Source of the DNA: Paraspadella gotoi | Taxonomy: Eukaryota > Animalia > Chaetognatha | Direction of reading: 5' to 3' | NCBI GenBank assembly: GCA_051294375.1 | Contig: CM119266.1 | Coordinates: forward strand, 3,639,098 to 3,703,097 | Length of the DNA stretch: 64,000 bases | In this document: positions 12,213-24,295 of the stretch, one piece after another | Layout of the letters: every line of letters starts with the position of its first letter | How positions within the stretch are numbered: position 1 is the first letter of the stretch | The notes under the pieces: model-generated | Told to the model about the DNA's origin: nothing | Seen by the model: the letters and a program-made list of their open reading frames with translations, nothing else | The model's database searches: none | Made by a program: the position numbers and the translations under genes

Positions 12213-13950
12213 GACAAAAAATTTTGGTCCATTGTAAGAATAAAATATTTTTTTCATGATTTATTGACTTTCCCCAAGTCATCCCTAACCTTTCAAAAGC
12301 TTTTCTATCATTTAAGTAAGACATGGATTAGGATTCCTCGGCGGTGCTATATATCAAAATTAAAATCTATCTTTGTGTCTACCCAGGCGGTAAGACAACG
12401 AAGAAGCAAATTTTATGGAGATAAAAATGTCATTTCCTTGAATTGTTTTAAATAAAATCATGCATTTTATTTTATTTTATTTATTTATTTATTTATTTTA
12501 TTTTATTTTATATTTTAAGAAGGCCGACGGCGGGAAAGATCATCATCTTGTTTAATTTTTTACTTTCTTTAATATTTTGAAAAACTTCTAATTATAAAAA
12601 GTGAAAAAATTCATTTCCAGCTAGTTCTGCAAGCAACCAATTTATACAGAAAATTCAAAAAAGAAAATAAGACTACTGAACTACTGAACTGAACTGAATG
12701 TCTAAATACCGAATATGCGTGAGCGAAAAACGGATTGTAAATCTGGGTGACTCATCTGAAATGAGAGTCAACTGATTCGTGATGAATTTTATGAGTTTCG
12801 TCGAGTAATTTTTTAAATCCTTTTAAAAAAGTTTTTTACTCGCTACCAAAAATTAAAGACTTTGTCAAAAATCATATAAGTTTACAATTTTTCTACGAAT
12901 CTCGATAAATGAAGGCTAATTTTAATCGAAATTTCAACTTAAAACCTATTTTTACCTATAACTGTTAATGAGCTTCGTCGTTCTCACTATCTGATAATCC
13001 CTATTGCATATAAAAATTCTCTAAACCCTTCATGAACATAGAACAACATCCTTTCAAGCTGCCAATGAATAATGATGTTTATATGTACATATAAGTAATT
13101 ATAATTGTACTATCTTTATAAATCTTTTTAAATCTCGACAATAAAATTTGTCAAAAACTAAATGTTTTAATACAATAGGAAATGTCAAACAAATAAAGAC
13201 CGTTAAAATAAATTACATTTATCATTATCATTGTTATTTCTCATAAACTGTTACAAAATGTTACAAAAAATCATTAAGTAATGATTCTGCTTTAATTCCG
13301 CATATAATGAATAATGTATATGAATCCTTTTTTGAAATACAATCAGATTACAAAAAGCTATCAAGTTAGTCTGGAAGCAAAGTTCGATGGAGGTTGCTAA
13401 TAATTACACACCAAATTCCTCTACATTGGACGTAGAATCACCCATCGATACAGGTAAATTGACTAAACACTATCGCTTTCGATCGAAGAAAATTTTATCA
13501 TTTAATGAATATTTCATCGTCTAATTCGAACCATAAGCTCATAACTCGGTTCAGTCTGAAACCCGTAACAATCTTCTGTGAAGCGTGAGGAATGTAGTAT
13601 GGTATGGTATGAGGATGGTAGTAAACAAAGCCCGATTTTAAGTCCAGGTCCGTTATTTTAGGCCGAAGAATCTTCGGATGTTAAAATCTCTACGCTCCTG
13701 CTACTCATTGAATAATTAATATATTTTTATAGCGGTTTGTTCCAAATTATATTTTTTTTATATGATTTATTAAAATATTTAAGATGATTACGTTACATTC
13801 AATTAAGCCGGAACCGAGATATCCCGGAATTGAACACGGTTGAAAATGTTATGATTTAAGTTTTAATCTCTGAGCCATGAAGCCATATAGAATGTAAAAT
13901 TGTAAATTGAAGTCATACAGTATGTAAATTACTTAATATCACTTTTATGA

Positions 13951-16900
13951 ATGACAGAATTTCAATTTGGTGAAATTGGTTGCGTGGAGATGGAGAGGTG
14001 CCATGACTACGCGGGTATTGAAGCTGACAACGAGGAATCTTCTCCCGAATCTTCTCCATCTTTTCGGATGAACGTCGCGCGGAATCCGAGTTTCGGTCTC
14101 AGGCCGATTCAGGAGTTTGTGCAGAACACCCTTCAAAACCCTAATAATGCTGAAGAGCACAGCGATGCAATACTAGCGTCGACGACGGATTTGTCTCCAC
14201 AGAAATGCGATAAATTTGTTGTAGATGCTTTGACGATCCATCTCGCAGCTGGCGGCCACAATGTTGAGTCCGAAAATCCAGCTACATCAAGATGGGTCCT
14301 AACTCCGGAGTCAATTGACGATTGTTTCCGAGAAGATAGTGAAGCATACCAGCCGAAAGAAATCATAAAAGAGTTTTTAAATGAATCTCGAGAGCAAACA
14401 GTAATTCAAGATTACTACAGTTCGAACTCGTCGGAAACCTCTCCTATTGCTGCCTTTCCAAGGACCCAATACTTAGCACAGATGAGATCTGATGCCTTAC
14501 CTCAATCATTTACCGTTCGATTCTTGGGCACACGTCCTTGCAAAGGATTTTGGGGAATTCACAACACACGAAAACCGACGGATGAATTGGTGATGGAAGC
14601 AAAAACGACGAAGGGTGCTCAGAATATTTCTACACTAGTATTAACAGGCAAGTTGATTTAATTTTTTTAATTTCTGTCTTCCCTTTAATCTACAACTATC
14701 TACGTCTCTCTGTCTCTCTTTCCCATACACAATATTTTTCAAAAATTTTACCAAGCAAATACAAAATAATTTTAAGAATAGAGGAAAATAAAAACAAGTT
14801 TGAGCAAACAATGTCGGATCTGCTCACGATCATTAGCGATATGAAGAGACATTGATAATTGTTGTGTTAGTGACAGAAGTGTTCAATATAAGCAGTCCCT
14901 GAGCTTTGGATCAGGCTGTAACACTGTGTTACAGGCGGGTTAAGCGCCACTTCCATCTTAACTGCTAGGCGACCACCGGGCTAGAACCCCGGACCTATGG
15001 GTTGGGAGGCAAATGACTTGCCTCCGGCACCAATAGCCACTGATGAACGGTTGGTGGATTTTAGTCCACCATAGATAATTGATTAATTAATTAATTAGTA
15101 AATTATTTATTAGGCAATTAATTAATTTGATCCGAAATGTTTGTTTTTAGGTCTTTTCGTCACTTACCAGTGACCACGACAAAAGCAACGACGATGATGA
15201 TGGCGACGACAACAATAATGCGATAATGATTGACTTGATTGATTAAATAATTAATTAATTGATAAATAAATTGATTGTTTGAAAAATTAATTTATAGATA
15301 AATAAATTGATTAATTGAAGCATAATAAATTAGTGAAACAGGTTTTTTGTTTTTTCTATTTAAACTCATTTTCATCGAAACTTCATATCCAGCTCAATCA
15401 CTCACTTCCCTACCCACACACAAAATTTAATCAAAATCTATCCATCCAATCACGAGTATTTGGAGTTTTTTGCTAAGGTGGGATGGATGGATGGACGGAC
15501 ATCATTTTTTTGTTGTGTATAAGTGAATTCCCGACAAGATTGAGGGGGCGGACCGACAACCATTGGGACACACTGTAATTACAATATTTTAATTTTTTTT
15601 GTTTTATGGATGAAAATTTAAAAGACCATAAAATTAATCTAATGATAATGATTTTTAAGGTTTTTTATTTTTAACCAATTTATTGTCAAATTTTTTAAAA
15701 ATTATAGAACTAACTTTTATTTAAATTTTTAAGCTTTATCCGTTCTTAAAAAATAAAATTTTTAGTCGGATCTGCTTATCAGCCTATTCCGACTCAATAA
15801 TTCACTTTGTCGGTCCGTCGGTCCGCCCCCTCAATCTTGTTGGGCATTCAATTATATTATGTCAGAACATTGAATTATGATAAATTATGCAAAAACAAAA
15901 AACGATGACCTTAGTCACAAAGAATCCGTTCACGGAGCTACGGTGAAGCCTCAGTCACCGTCGTCGGATGCCTTCTCTCTTTTATATTGTGAGAAACCGA
16001 TCATTCGAATCTCAAGCCAAGAACCATAACCAGTTTTCACTCGTTTTTCAATTGACGTCCAAAGTATTATCAACTACAATTTTAACCTCGTATTTTCTAC
16101 AAGTATATCGTCCTTTTATTATTGTTTTGAACATTTGTAATACGTTGATGAAACGTAAAACTTTTTTGCCTTTGTTATTGACTTTTTAGGTAGTTATTAT
16201 AAAAGTTATTAAATCAAATCAACGACTCAAGTCTTTGTGACGAGGGTTCCCAAAGTCCCACCTGAGCGAACAACTCCAATTACTCGTGATTGGATGGATG
16301 GATTTGAATGAAATTTTGTGTGTGGGTACGGAAGTGTGTAATTGAGCTAGATAAGAAGTTTCGATGGAATCGTGCCAGTGGAAAAGAGTTTAAATGGAAA
16401 AAACAAAATAGTATATTTCACTATTTGAACGCCAATCATTCATGAGTGGATGAAACGATTGACTTGAACTTTTGTATGTGGGTAAGAAAGTGTGTTATTA
16501 AGCTGGAAATCAAATTTCGATGGAATCGTCTGAGTGGAAATGAGTTTAAATGGAAATAACACTAATTGATTATGCTTCTTTTTCTTTTTATATTAAAAGT
16601 AAATGAAAGATGTATTAATTAATCAATAAGTTATTTAATCAATTAATAAATAATTAATTAATCAGTCAATTAATCAATAAAATAATTATTAAATCAATCA
16701 ATTATTTATCTCTTAATTAATTATTCAATCAATCAATCAATTTATTTATCAATTAATTAATTAATTATTTAATCCATCAATCAAGTCAATCGTTATCGGC
16801 ATTATTGTCGTCGCCATCATCGTCGTCGTTGCTTTTGTCGTGGTAAGTGATGAAAAGAACTAAAAACAAACATTTCGGATCAAATTAATTAATTTATTAA

Positions 16901-17512
16901 TTAATAACTGCTAATGATGGTGGACAGATCCGACATTGTTAGCTTAAACTTGTTTAATCATTTTTTTTATTTGTCCTTTGTAATATATTAATAAATATTT
17001 AAAAGCTTCGGTGTAACAACCCAATAAACTAATTCAAAAGTTTAATTGAAAATCGATTTAGAAGGAAAACAATTTTTTGAGAGATGTTAAAAATAGTGTT
17101 CAATTTTGTCCAGCCTTATTACCTAGCAGATGTAGTAAAAAATAGGATTATTTTACCTTTACCGTTATTTTTAGTCTCTGAAGATGGAGTATTCCTTGAG
17201 GGCAACTCGTCCAACCTGGAAACAAGTAACATACCCAATTTTATTCCAATTCAAAATATATCTTACGGAGTGCAAGATGTTCGCTTCACGAGAGCTGTAG
17301 CTTTTGTAGTCGTCAGCGATGGATTAAAAGCTGCCGAAAGTAGCAGTAGTTGTTTCGTCTACCTATGCGATACGAAATTGTCAGCTCGCAAGATCGCCTA
17401 TTCTCTAGCTAAGGCATTCAAGGATTATGGACGCCGCATCCAAGGCCTGAAAGATATTGTTGCTTCGGGACTAAAGTCTACCATTTTTCCACTCAAAGAG
17501 GATGGCGAATAG
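13951..17512 (+). CDS. PTB/PID-domain adaptor protein (exons 13951-14647 and 17175-17512, GC-AG intron)
   Basis: The splice ACAG|gcaagt...ttttag|TC restores FTVRFLG...FWGIHNTRKP...TLVLTVSEDGV...IPIQNISYGVQD..FTRAVAFVV...CFVYLCD...ARKIAYSLAKAF, the PTB strand/helix pattern. Confidence 0.85.
14791..15560 (-). mobile_element. Helentron/DINE-1-like family A copy with a nested tRNA-Gly-related element
   Basis: The end aaacaagtttgagcaaacaatgtcggatctgc matches 52868 and 39963; the body matches 6640-6914. Confidence 0.8.
14842..15074 (-). mobile_element. tRNA-Gly(CCC)-related SINE-like element (family G)
   Basis: Reverse complement of the copies at 21290-21523 and 29950-30172. Confidence 0.8.
15759..16955 (+). 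mobile_element. Near full-length Helentron/DINE-1-like family A element
   Basis: 5' end tttttagtcggatctgcttatcagcctattccgact; 3' end cagatccgac-attgttagcttaaacttgttt (subterminal inverted repeat plus short hairpin). Internal ~125-bp tandem subrepeats. Confidence 0.82.
15908..16245. mobile_element. Small MITE-like insertion inside the family A element
   Basis: Imperfect terminal inverted repeats (TIRs) ccttagtcacaaaga / tctttgtgacgagg, located where sister copies have the GTCC microsatellite. Confidence 0.55.
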
Positions 17513-18063
17513 AGGGAAGATTGGGAGCATAATATTTTATTTGAGATGTTTTTGAAACGCATGTTATTGCAATATTATTTTCTGTAACGTTCTTTTTTTC
17601 CCTCAATTATTTTTAGTTGCGCCGCGCATATTCCCAGAACATCTCTGTAAGACACTTGGGTGTCCGTCGGTCGGTATGTCTGTTTATCGGTCTGTCTTAT
17701 TTATATTAAAAATGCTCATTTAACTTTGGAAAAACTCCATCAATATAGTTTGTATTTGCTATGAAAGTGAGGTACCATAAAACCTTCAAAGTGCATATAA
17801 TGTAAAGTAACGCGCAACTTGAAGTCACGTAATCATTTAAAAAATGGTCACATGTGTAGGTTTCATTTCGTGTTTAATTCATTTACTATCATATATTTAA
17901 TTTTTTATTTAATACAGTAAAATTGGTGAAAAAAGACCATTATAGGCGTGTTCTTGATTAATTTTTAAAAAAAATTTAAATTATGAAAAATCCCAATTAA
18001 TGGTCTAATCAAACCTGAAAGGTGTCTGACAAGACTGTTACCATAATGGGAGAGAGCGCAAGT

Positions 18064-18166
18064 TGTAGGGGCATAGGCGTTTGTCGTAGCATACCCCAAG
18101 GGCATAAGCGTTTGTCATAGCGTACCCGAAGTCGGCAGGGTATAGGCGTTTGTCGTAGCGTACCTT
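18064..18166. repeat. Three-unit ~32-bp tandem repeat (gggcataggcgtttgtcgtagcgtaccc)
   Basis: Three adjacent diverged units. Confidence 0.75.
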
Positions 18167-18202
18167 GAGAAAGTTGCATGTTCGAAAGTAAGGCTCAACA
18201 CT

Positions 18203-18410
18203 TGTGGTAACAGCCTTGCCTTTGATGCCTATTGGGATGGGGCATCTCACTGTTGGCTTTGGGGGCTTCCGACCGTCAGTGACGCATCCAGTCACTGGGG
18301 CGGTTACCTGAGGACGGTTACCCTAGGACGGTCTCGCTTTGCCAACGCAGAGGGAAGTCGTTTGGACTGTGGATGGAACACTACGCTTGGGATGGTGTGT
18401 TCCCCCTCTG
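18203..18410 (-). mobile_element. Family H element, truncated
   Basis: Matches 11957-12212. Confidence 0.8.
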
Positions 18411-18420
18411 ATTAGAATAA

Positions 18421-19470
18421 TGTCGATAACAATTTACTTGATTGATTGACTGATTAATTAATTATTGATTAATTGACTAATTGATTAATTAATTATTTGA
18501 TTTATTAATACATCCTGCATTTACATTTAATATAAAAGGAAAAAGAAGCATAATCAATTACTAGTGAAACAGGTTTTTTGTTTTTTTCCATTTAAACTTA
18601 TTTCCAATCAAACGATTCCATCGAAACTTGATTTCCAGTTTAATCACACACCTTTCTACCCAAATACAAAATTTCAAGTCAATCGCCCCATCCACTCATG
18701 AGTAATTGGTGTTCAAATAGTGAAATATATTTTTTATTTTTTCCATTTAAACCATTTCCACTCTTACGATTCCATCGAAACTTCATATACAGCTCAATCA
18801 CATACTTCCCTACCCACACGCAGATAACGATTGACTTGATTGATTGATTAAATAATTAATTAATTAATAAATAAATTGATTGATTGAATAATTAATTAAT
18901 AGATAAATAATTGATTGATTTAATAATTATTTGATTGATTAATTGATTAATTATTTATTATATTAATTGATTAAATAACTTATTAATTAATACATCTTTC
19001 ATTTACATTTAATATAAAAAGAAAAAGAAGCATAATCAATTAGTGCTATTTCCATTTAAACTCATTTCCACTCAGACGATTCCATCGAAATTTGATTTCC
19101 AGCTTAATCACACACTTTCTTACCCACATAAAAAAAATTCAAGTCAATTGTTTCATCCACTCATGAGTGATTGGCGTTCAAATAGTGAAATATACTATTT
19201 TGTTTTTTCCATTTAAACTCTTTTCCACTGGCAGAATTCCATCGAAACTTCATATACAGCTCAATCACCCACACACAAAATTTAATTCCAATTCATCCAT
19301 CCAATCACGAGTAATTGATGTTTTTTGCTAAGGTGGGACGGACGGACGGACGGACATCGTTTTTTTAAAAATAATTTATCATAATTCGATGTTCTGACAT
19401 GATATAAGTGAGTGCCCGACAATATTGAGGGGGCGGACCGACGTACCGACAAAATGAATTATAGAGTCGG
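18421..19470 (-). mobile_element. Helentron/DINE-1-like family A copy or copies
   Basis: Reverse complement of 16270-16800, plus GGAC microsatellite and the ...gaattatagagtcgg end. Confidence 0.8.
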
Positions 19471-19628
19471 GATCATAAAAAATCATAAAAAATCATAAAA
19501 AGAATAAAAGATCCAATTCCGGAACAGTGTGTTATAATTATTATTATTCACCCGAAAATATACGTGGAAGTCATTGCGCCGTAACACATTAATGTTTCCA
19601 TTCTTCATGGTTTTTCAAAAGACGCCAA

Positions 19629-20616
19629 AACCCCGGTCGGCGAAAGTGAAATTGTACCCGATAAAAAATATAAGAGTACTCTGCTAAAGAAAGAAGTTTC
19701 CTTTTTTAAATTTTTTTTAATTACACTTTTTTCCTTTTTGAGTTAAACAGGTATTGTCAAACGGTTGCTGCATAAAGTCTAGTTGAATATATTCAGGGAT
19801 ACGTTACCAGTACCAAAGATCAAAGAGTCCCCCCCCAAAAAAAATTGAATTATACTGTCGAGGAACTAGTAGTCAGCCTGCCTCGCCAGGCGTATCTCCG
19901 TCCTATGACCCGTCGCGCCATTACTGGGGGAGACTGCCGTCAACTCCCCTCGTCGCCGCAAGTGGGCGCGGCCGCATCCAGCGCCCCTTTGGTGGCGCCG
20001 TCGCGAGTGACGCCGAGACCCTTTGTCGGCAGGGTGTCAGACTCTTTGTCATCGCCTCCGTCAGTTGTCCACAAGTCCATCGAAAGTGCCTGTGGTCGAA
20101 GTGTGGGACTCCACAAGTCTATTGCCCACGTGACAAGACGTCATGATCTGCTACAAGTGGTGACAAAACGTGACTGAGTGACAACGTGCCTCATGTCCCC
20201 GTAAAAAGGCCGTTTTGGTGGGACGGGCTGAATTCTCACTGTGTCTGGTCTCTCTGTAAAACGTGAAAAGGTAAAGAACATAGAAAGTAGCACACAGATA
20301 GGATTGAGTAGACAAAATGTACAAAACGAATCATGATGAAAAATAAACAGATGAGCAACGTCATCTCTCAACATATACCATACAGCAATAACAAAAGCCT
20401 GAGGGATCATTCTTTTTCGCTAGTTTCTAAGCACTATTTCTTACCCCAATCTAATGAAAGATATTATGTCAAAGATATATATAGACTACTACTAATTAAT
20501 GTTTTTATGCAGTCCTTGGGAGGTTATAAATATAATAAATAAATAATAAAATATATTTTCCAGTCAAAAAATATATTTATTATTTAATAATAATTTTACT
20601 TTCGCCGACCGGGGTT
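19629..20616. mobile_element. ~990-bp non-autonomous TIR element
   Basis: TIRs aaccccggtcggcgaaagtgaaat / attttactttcgccgaccggggtt; a related end lies at 24521-24543; no transposase ORF. Confidence 0.7.
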
Positions 20617-21289
20617 AGGGGTGATAGGGGTTACGAAGGTTTAGGGTAATTAGTAAAGCGTAGCAAAAATATTAAAAGAAAGTTGAATCAAAATTCGAAT
20701 TGTAGATCACATTGTGAACATTTTGAACATTGTGAACATTTTTAAATACAAAAAATTTTATTTTTATTTTTCTATTTTCACCATAGAAAATGTCCAATTT
20801 TTTTTTAAAGCAGATTCGAATCCCTCACGAAAAAATAACTTTTAAAAAAATCATTTCATAAAGTGGGTCAAAATCTTAAAAAACTATTATAATTAACCTA
20901 TAATTAAATTTTAGTATAAAAAATATAGTTTTGAAGCGACGGTAAATATTGTTATGAGTTAGTGACAGAACCGTTCAATATAAGAAGTCCCTGAGCTTCG
21001 GATCAAGCTGTAACACCGTGTAAGAGGCGGGTAAACCTCCCTGTCCCACCATAGTTTTTTGAATTTTTGGCTAACTTAATTAAATAATTTTTAATTAAGA
21101 CTTATATTTTCTTATATCAACTTTTTATGAGGAATTCGAGTCCGCTTTAAAAACTAAGAAATTTAAAAAAAAAAATTTTGACATTCTTTACATGTATGTA
21201 CTATGGGCGACGCTTAACCTTAACCCTAACCCTAACCCATTGGGCGTATGCAAAAATTGATAAATTTAATAAAAAATATATATATATAT

Positions 21290-21523
21290 TATGGTGGACT
21301 AAAATCCACCAACCGTTTATCAGCAGCCACTGGTGCCGGAGGCAAATCATTCGCCTCCCAACCCAAAGGTCCGGGGTTCTAGCCCGGTGGCCGCCTAGCA
21401 GTTAATAGGGACGGGGCGCTTAACCCGCCTGTAACATGGTGTTACAGCCTGATCCGAAGCTCAGGGACTGCTTATATTGAACGGTTCTGTCACTAACACA
21501 TAACAATTATCACTGTCTCTTCA
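21290..21523 (+). mobile_element. tRNA-Gly(CCC)-related element (family G)
   Basis: 5' hairpin ggtggactaaaatccacc, then a tRNA-like segment at ~21323-21394 (TCGCCTCCCA anticodon region, GGGTTCTAGCCC T-arm), then further hairpins. Confidence 0.82.
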
Positions 21524-22707
21524 ATATCAATGTTCTTTAGTACAAGACTGTTTATAAACAACTATTCGAATTTTGATCTGCAACTTTCACTACGCCTTAA
21601 TAATTAGGTAATAATTATTTTTTTAAAAATATATTAAGTAGTAACTTTCCGAAAAGTTAGAAATTTGCCCTTTTGTCGTTTAATGCTGACGGCAGACTAT
21701 GCGACTACTAGCGCTTCCTTTTGTTTATAAATAATTTGTATAAAGAATCAAGAGGGAATTCCGATGCAGCTCGTGTTCCCGCCCTTCTCAGTTCTCACAG
21801 TTTTATTACAGTTAGGTTGACGTGTGAATCGTATAACTTGTTTTTCGTCCATTATTTTCAATTAAGGTTTTCGTTTGCTATAATTAAGCTTTATTATTAA
21901 ATTTAAATAAGCTTTATTTTTGATGTTCTGAATTCTTGTTTTATACCAAGTAAATAAATCGTTGAATTGTTGGACTGGACAAGGAGAATCAACAGTTTGG
22001 TTCAACCTGGAACGGAAGACGGATTGTGGGATCATGCATTGCATTGCCACGACGATCGCGGGTTCCATGGAGGTCGACACGACCGGATTCGAACCTTGAC
22101 CCCGAAAAGGGAAGCTCCCGGCCTTTGTATCGCCCGTCCAAGAGGCCAATCCATTCCGCGGGCACTTTGCCAACTGCCAAGCCCAAGGAATCCACTTCCA
22201 ACCTCTCGTCGTGGAAACGTTTGGAGGCGTAAGGAGGCCCTTCCGTTCTTGAAAATCATTGCCCATCAAAAGTAAGATGATGGGGAAAAATAAACTCAAT
22301 GGAGTGTAAACACCTCTTCCGGCGTCTTTCTATTACACTTCAAAGGGAAACACTAATCTCCTGATAAAACGAGACCACAACCCGTCTCAATAACTCGCTA
22401 TCTAAGTTTATCAGCATCTTTCCTAAAATAAAATAAATACAAAAAATATTTTCTCGTTTTCTTCTCTGCTCCGCTCGTACAGAACATTACATGATTATGT
22501 TCATACTGTTTCTTTAAAATCCAATACGGTTTTTCACAATTGCTTTCTTTTTCATTCTCGCGAAATTATTAAATTGTCTCATCTTTTTTCTTTCAGAAAA
22601 AAAAAAGAAAAAAGTCTCTTTTAAACGAAAAAAAAAACAACTTTAAACGTGTATACATGTATATATTTGCTGATTTTTTTTTGTCAAATGTATTGTTCCT
22701 TTCGGTA

Positions 22708-23235
22708 GGGTGGGTCAGAAATGTAGTGTGAGTACAGGCTCAAACGAAAATTTATGCATATTTAAGTATACTTTCAAAGGACAAAAAATTTCTTATGTGG
22801 CTCTATGTCCCCTAGTCATTATTTTTTTATAGATAGGTAAGGTTTAAAAATTTTAAGACCAGATCCAGATAGCTTATAAAAAGTTGTCCTCACAAAGTAT
22901 AATTCTTTTTTAAATATTTTGATATTAAGTAGGTCAAAAATAAGAAAAACCATAAAAAATTATTATCATCATCATCTTTCTATGATTTTTATTAGTTTTT
23001 TGATTTTTTCTTAGAAAATGTAAATTTTAAAAGCTGAAATTATATTTTTGTTTCACTTTTTATGCTTTTTTTGAAGATTTAAAAAATTATACATATATAA
23101 TAATATAATAATTTTAATTAGGCTAGTACCTTCAGAAGAAAGCATTTTGGAAAAAAATATTTTAATATTATAATCTATGCTCATGATAGATTATATTAAT
23201 GCTGTATATTTAAATTTCATCGGCTTTGGTTACTT
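22708..23235 (+). mobile_element. ~500-bp AT-rich dispersed MITE-like repeat
   Basis: Homologous copies at 25720-26200, 35190-36590 (interrupted), 36775-36828 and 43330-43680. Internal inverted motif agattcagatagcttatgaaaagtt / aactttttatgctctatcagaatc. Confidence 0.75.
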
Positions 23236-24114
23236 TCGGCCCAGTCAATATCATCGTTAAGTTTTGAGCTTAAATTAGATTGCTCATAAATCGGTCGCGG
23301 ATTCTATGAAATTGGTACAACGAATATAAAAATAAATAAGCTATCTTGCCCCTGACTTTGGTGGTTTAAGGCCTCCATCACTCTTACAAGATAATTTCAT
23401 TGCAGATCCCTGCAAGCTTTCAATCAAGACTCTCTCACAGTCTCGTTTATTCACTCCCAGAGTACCTGGCTTCCCTATCAATGAAGTGGTATAATATTTC
23501 AAAAAATGTTTCAATTGTATAAAAAGTATTAGGGTTAGGGTTAGTTCGGGGATCCTATCCTATCCTATCCGGCCAAGTCTGCTGCTGTCCTGCTTTCATT
23601 GTGATCAGTGATTCTCTGATTAGCGACGACGTTCCTACTACAGGATGCAGCGGTAAGATCCAAGTACGGTTTCAACTTCTCTTATGGCTACCGCTGCTCA
23701 CGAGCTACTTAAAGCCTTCCAACGATTTCAACGCCACGTCGACATAAGTGACCGCGAATAGGAACAGAAAGAAGTAAGCGCATCCAGAGATATTTCGTCA
23801 AAAAGCTCGAAGCGTAAATCGTTGTAATATATAACAAAATTAACTTTTGTTTTTTCGCTAGTTAAAGATTAAATTAAAGGTTAAGCTTAAGGATTAGACA
23901 TCGACGTCCGCAACCAACCTTAGGCAATAGGCACCACCGGTCGGTGGTTTGTTAATCCATTTAATTTTGTTTTCCCTCAGTTTGCGCAATAATATACTTT
24001 TTTTTTGTTCGGTAATATAAATTTTATAATTTTATAATAAATAATAATTTAAAAAAAATTATTTTATGTTTGAGGTAGAAAATGAATTGTACGAGTTTTA
24101 TAAAGAAACATAAA

Positions 24115-24295
24115 TTTCGGACATGTTTAAGCTTCAATGTAAGCTTTCATCAGCGCAAAAACGATTTTATTTGTAAAACAAATATTTTTATAGACTTTCT
24201 TTTATGAAAAGTTTTAAAGTTTGAAAAAAATTTTGTTTCACAAATCAATTGGTTTTTGCGCTGATGAAGGTTTACATTGAAGCCAAAACAAGTAA
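24115..24295. mobile_element. Inverted pair of degenerate Penelope-type hammerhead motifs
   Basis: Minus: gcg CTGATGA aagcttacattgaagct tAAAC ATGTC cg. Plus: gcg CTGATGA aggtttacattgaagcc aAAAC. Confidence 0.6.

Noticed and set aside
11861-12257. Similar short ORFs recurring at 12 kb, 18 kb, 47 kb and 61.7 kb (PTVRCPIPMGI...)
   Set aside because: Translations of family H copies; starts and stops are not conserved.
22070-22140. Perfect B box (GGTTCGAATCC) on the minus strand
   Set aside because: No convincing cloverleaf and single copy in the window; at most a SINE fragment.
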